From an uncultured Spirochaetota bacterium (GTDB lineage: Bacteria > Spirochaetota > Brevinematia > Brevinematales > JAOACQ01), in the NCBI GenBank assembly GCA_963783575.1, contig CAWAOD010000011.1, positions 160,001-224,000 on the forward strand: DNA of 64,000 nt, in the 5' to 3' direction. The notes under the pieces were generated by a model, which saw nothing but the letters and a program-made list of their open reading frames with translations, was not told where the DNA came from and made no database searches. Both the position numbers and the translations under genes were made by a program. Of this stretch, positions 62,459-64,000 are shown one piece after another; the first letter of the stretch is position 1; each line of letters starts with the position of its first letter.

Positions 62459-64000
62459 ATGAATAATATGCAAAAAAAGAATAAATTGATTGAACTCCTT
62501 GCTCCGGCAAAAGATCTGGAATGCGCGATTGCCGCAATTGAATGCGGCGCTGATGCCGTTTATATGGGCGCCCCGAAATTCGGAGCCAGGATTGCCGCAG
62601 GCAACAGTGTTTCGGATATAGAAAAATCCGCAGCGTTTGCTCATGGATTCCGTTCAAAATTATATATCGCATTGAATACAATATTATTTGATAATGAGCT
62701 TCCTGAAACTGAAAAAATAATCCGGGATCTATATAACGCGGGGATTGATGGTCTCATCATCCAGGATTTGGGTTTGCTGGAGCTGGATATCCCCCCGGTT
62801 CCTCTAATCGCCAGTACACAAATGAATAATTCAACCCCGGAAAAAGTAAAATTTTTGGAAGAAACAGGGTTTTCCCGTGTAATTCTGGCAAGGGAACTAT
62901 CATTAAACCAGATCAGGGAAATTTCTGAAAAAACCGGTATCGAGCTTGAGTTTTTTGTACATGGTGCGCTTTGTGTTAGCTACAGCGGGCAGTGTTACTT
63001 AAGCTATGCTAATGAAGGAAGGAGCGGAAACCGGGGCGAATGCGCTCAACCCTGCCGTATGTCTTATAATTTAATGGATTCAAATAACAATATAATTGTT
63101 AAAGAGAAGCATTTATTATCCCTCAAGGATTTAAACCTTTCAAATGAACTGGAAAATTTAATCAATTCAGGTATAACAAGCTTCAAAATCGAAGGCAGGC
63201 TCAAGGATACCGGGTATGTTAAAAATGTAGTCGTTTTTACAGGCAGAAACTGGATAAAATTTTGGATGGTTCTGGTGCCGTAAAATCTTCCAGTGGAAAA
63301 ATCAGTTTCTTTTTTGTACCGGATCTTTTCAAAACCTTTAACAGGGGTTACACGGATTATTTTTTGAATGAAAGAAAAATCGATTCTGCATCAATATATA
63401 CTCAAAAATCTACCGGCGAACCCATGGGTATTGTAAAATTTATTGGTAATGATTATTTTATTATGGATTACGAAAACAGGAATAATGATAATCTCTTATC
63501 GAACGGCGATGGAATCTGCTTCTTTGATAAAGACTGGAAACTTTGCGGTATGAATATAGACCGTGTTGAAGGAGAGAAGATTTTTCCGCATGATATCAGG
63601 TGGATAAATCCCGGATTATATATATACCGTAATTATAATCACAAATTTATGAAAATGCTGAAGGGCTCCGCGGCAGAAAGAAAAATCCTGATTGATATGG
63701 AATTCACGGAAGCCTTAAATGGATTTAATTTAGGAATTACCGACGAGGATGAAATTAAAATTAAATATAATATGGCATATGAAAAAATCCCGGCGAAAAA
63801 TTCAGAACAAACCTTGAAAACAATTCAAAAACAGTTGTTAAAATTGGGCAATACGATTTATGTTTGCAGAAATTTAGTAATAAATCTGCCTGTTAATTAT
63901 TTTCTGCCGGTTGGAATTTTAAACGAAATCAGGCGTATCGCGATACAAAAGCTGGATTTTGAAAGGGCAAAACAATTTTTTAGAGAATCAATAAAAATTG
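62459..64000 (+). CDS. U32-family protein, RlhA-like long form; frameshift at ~63235; runs off the window
   Basis: ELLAPA, GADAVY, ASTQM, LARELS, FVHGALCVSYSGQC, NRGECAQPCR, KIEGR; a shifted frame continues FYRQKLD...KTFNRGYTDYF to the window end. Confidence 0.88.

Noticed and set aside
1..64000. CRISPR array, cas genes, prophage, integrase, reverse transcriptase or DGR
   Set aside because: No regularly spaced repeats with unique spacers and no such protein motifs were seen; the repeats found are intragenic or IS/REP related.

Overview
Low-GC diderm bacterial chromosome segment, most likely Spirochaetota (inferred from the TpLRR/BspA protein, many Cys-lipobox lipoproteins, lptB, an MCP and an HD-GYP protein). 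Bases 1 to ~43 kb are accessory. They hold a phosphonate ABC operon (phnD-C-E-E), four IS elements of different families (ISNCY/ISDol1-like, IS1380, IS1182, IS110), a 99-bp MITE, redox and detox genes, an adenylate cyclase-STAND-TPR protein, several gene remnants and large surface lipoproteins. This region ends at the 3' side of tRNA-Ser(GCT). The right ~21 kb is mostly housekeeping: type IIA topoisomerase B, rpmB, ctpA, accD, lptB, mreBCD, an MCP, tRNA-Arg(CCG) and a U32/RlhA-like gene. About ten genes are split by frameshifts, nearly all fixable by a 1-nt change in a homopolymer, so these are probably long-read errors. Three signals stand out. (1) An IS110 element sits exactly in a Shine-Dalgarno AGGAG; its circle junction would rebuild a TTGACA-17-TATGAT promoter, and its non-coding end folds into a two-loop bridge-RNA-like structure whose loops both carry GGAG. 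(2) An IS1182 and a MITE with the same ends are inserted at the same 3-nt position of two inverted copies of a REP-like repeat, with an empty copy at ~52.07 kb. (3) Exported proteins show a strong [S/T]-N-hydrophobic motif bias. No CRISPR array, prophage or integrase was seen.
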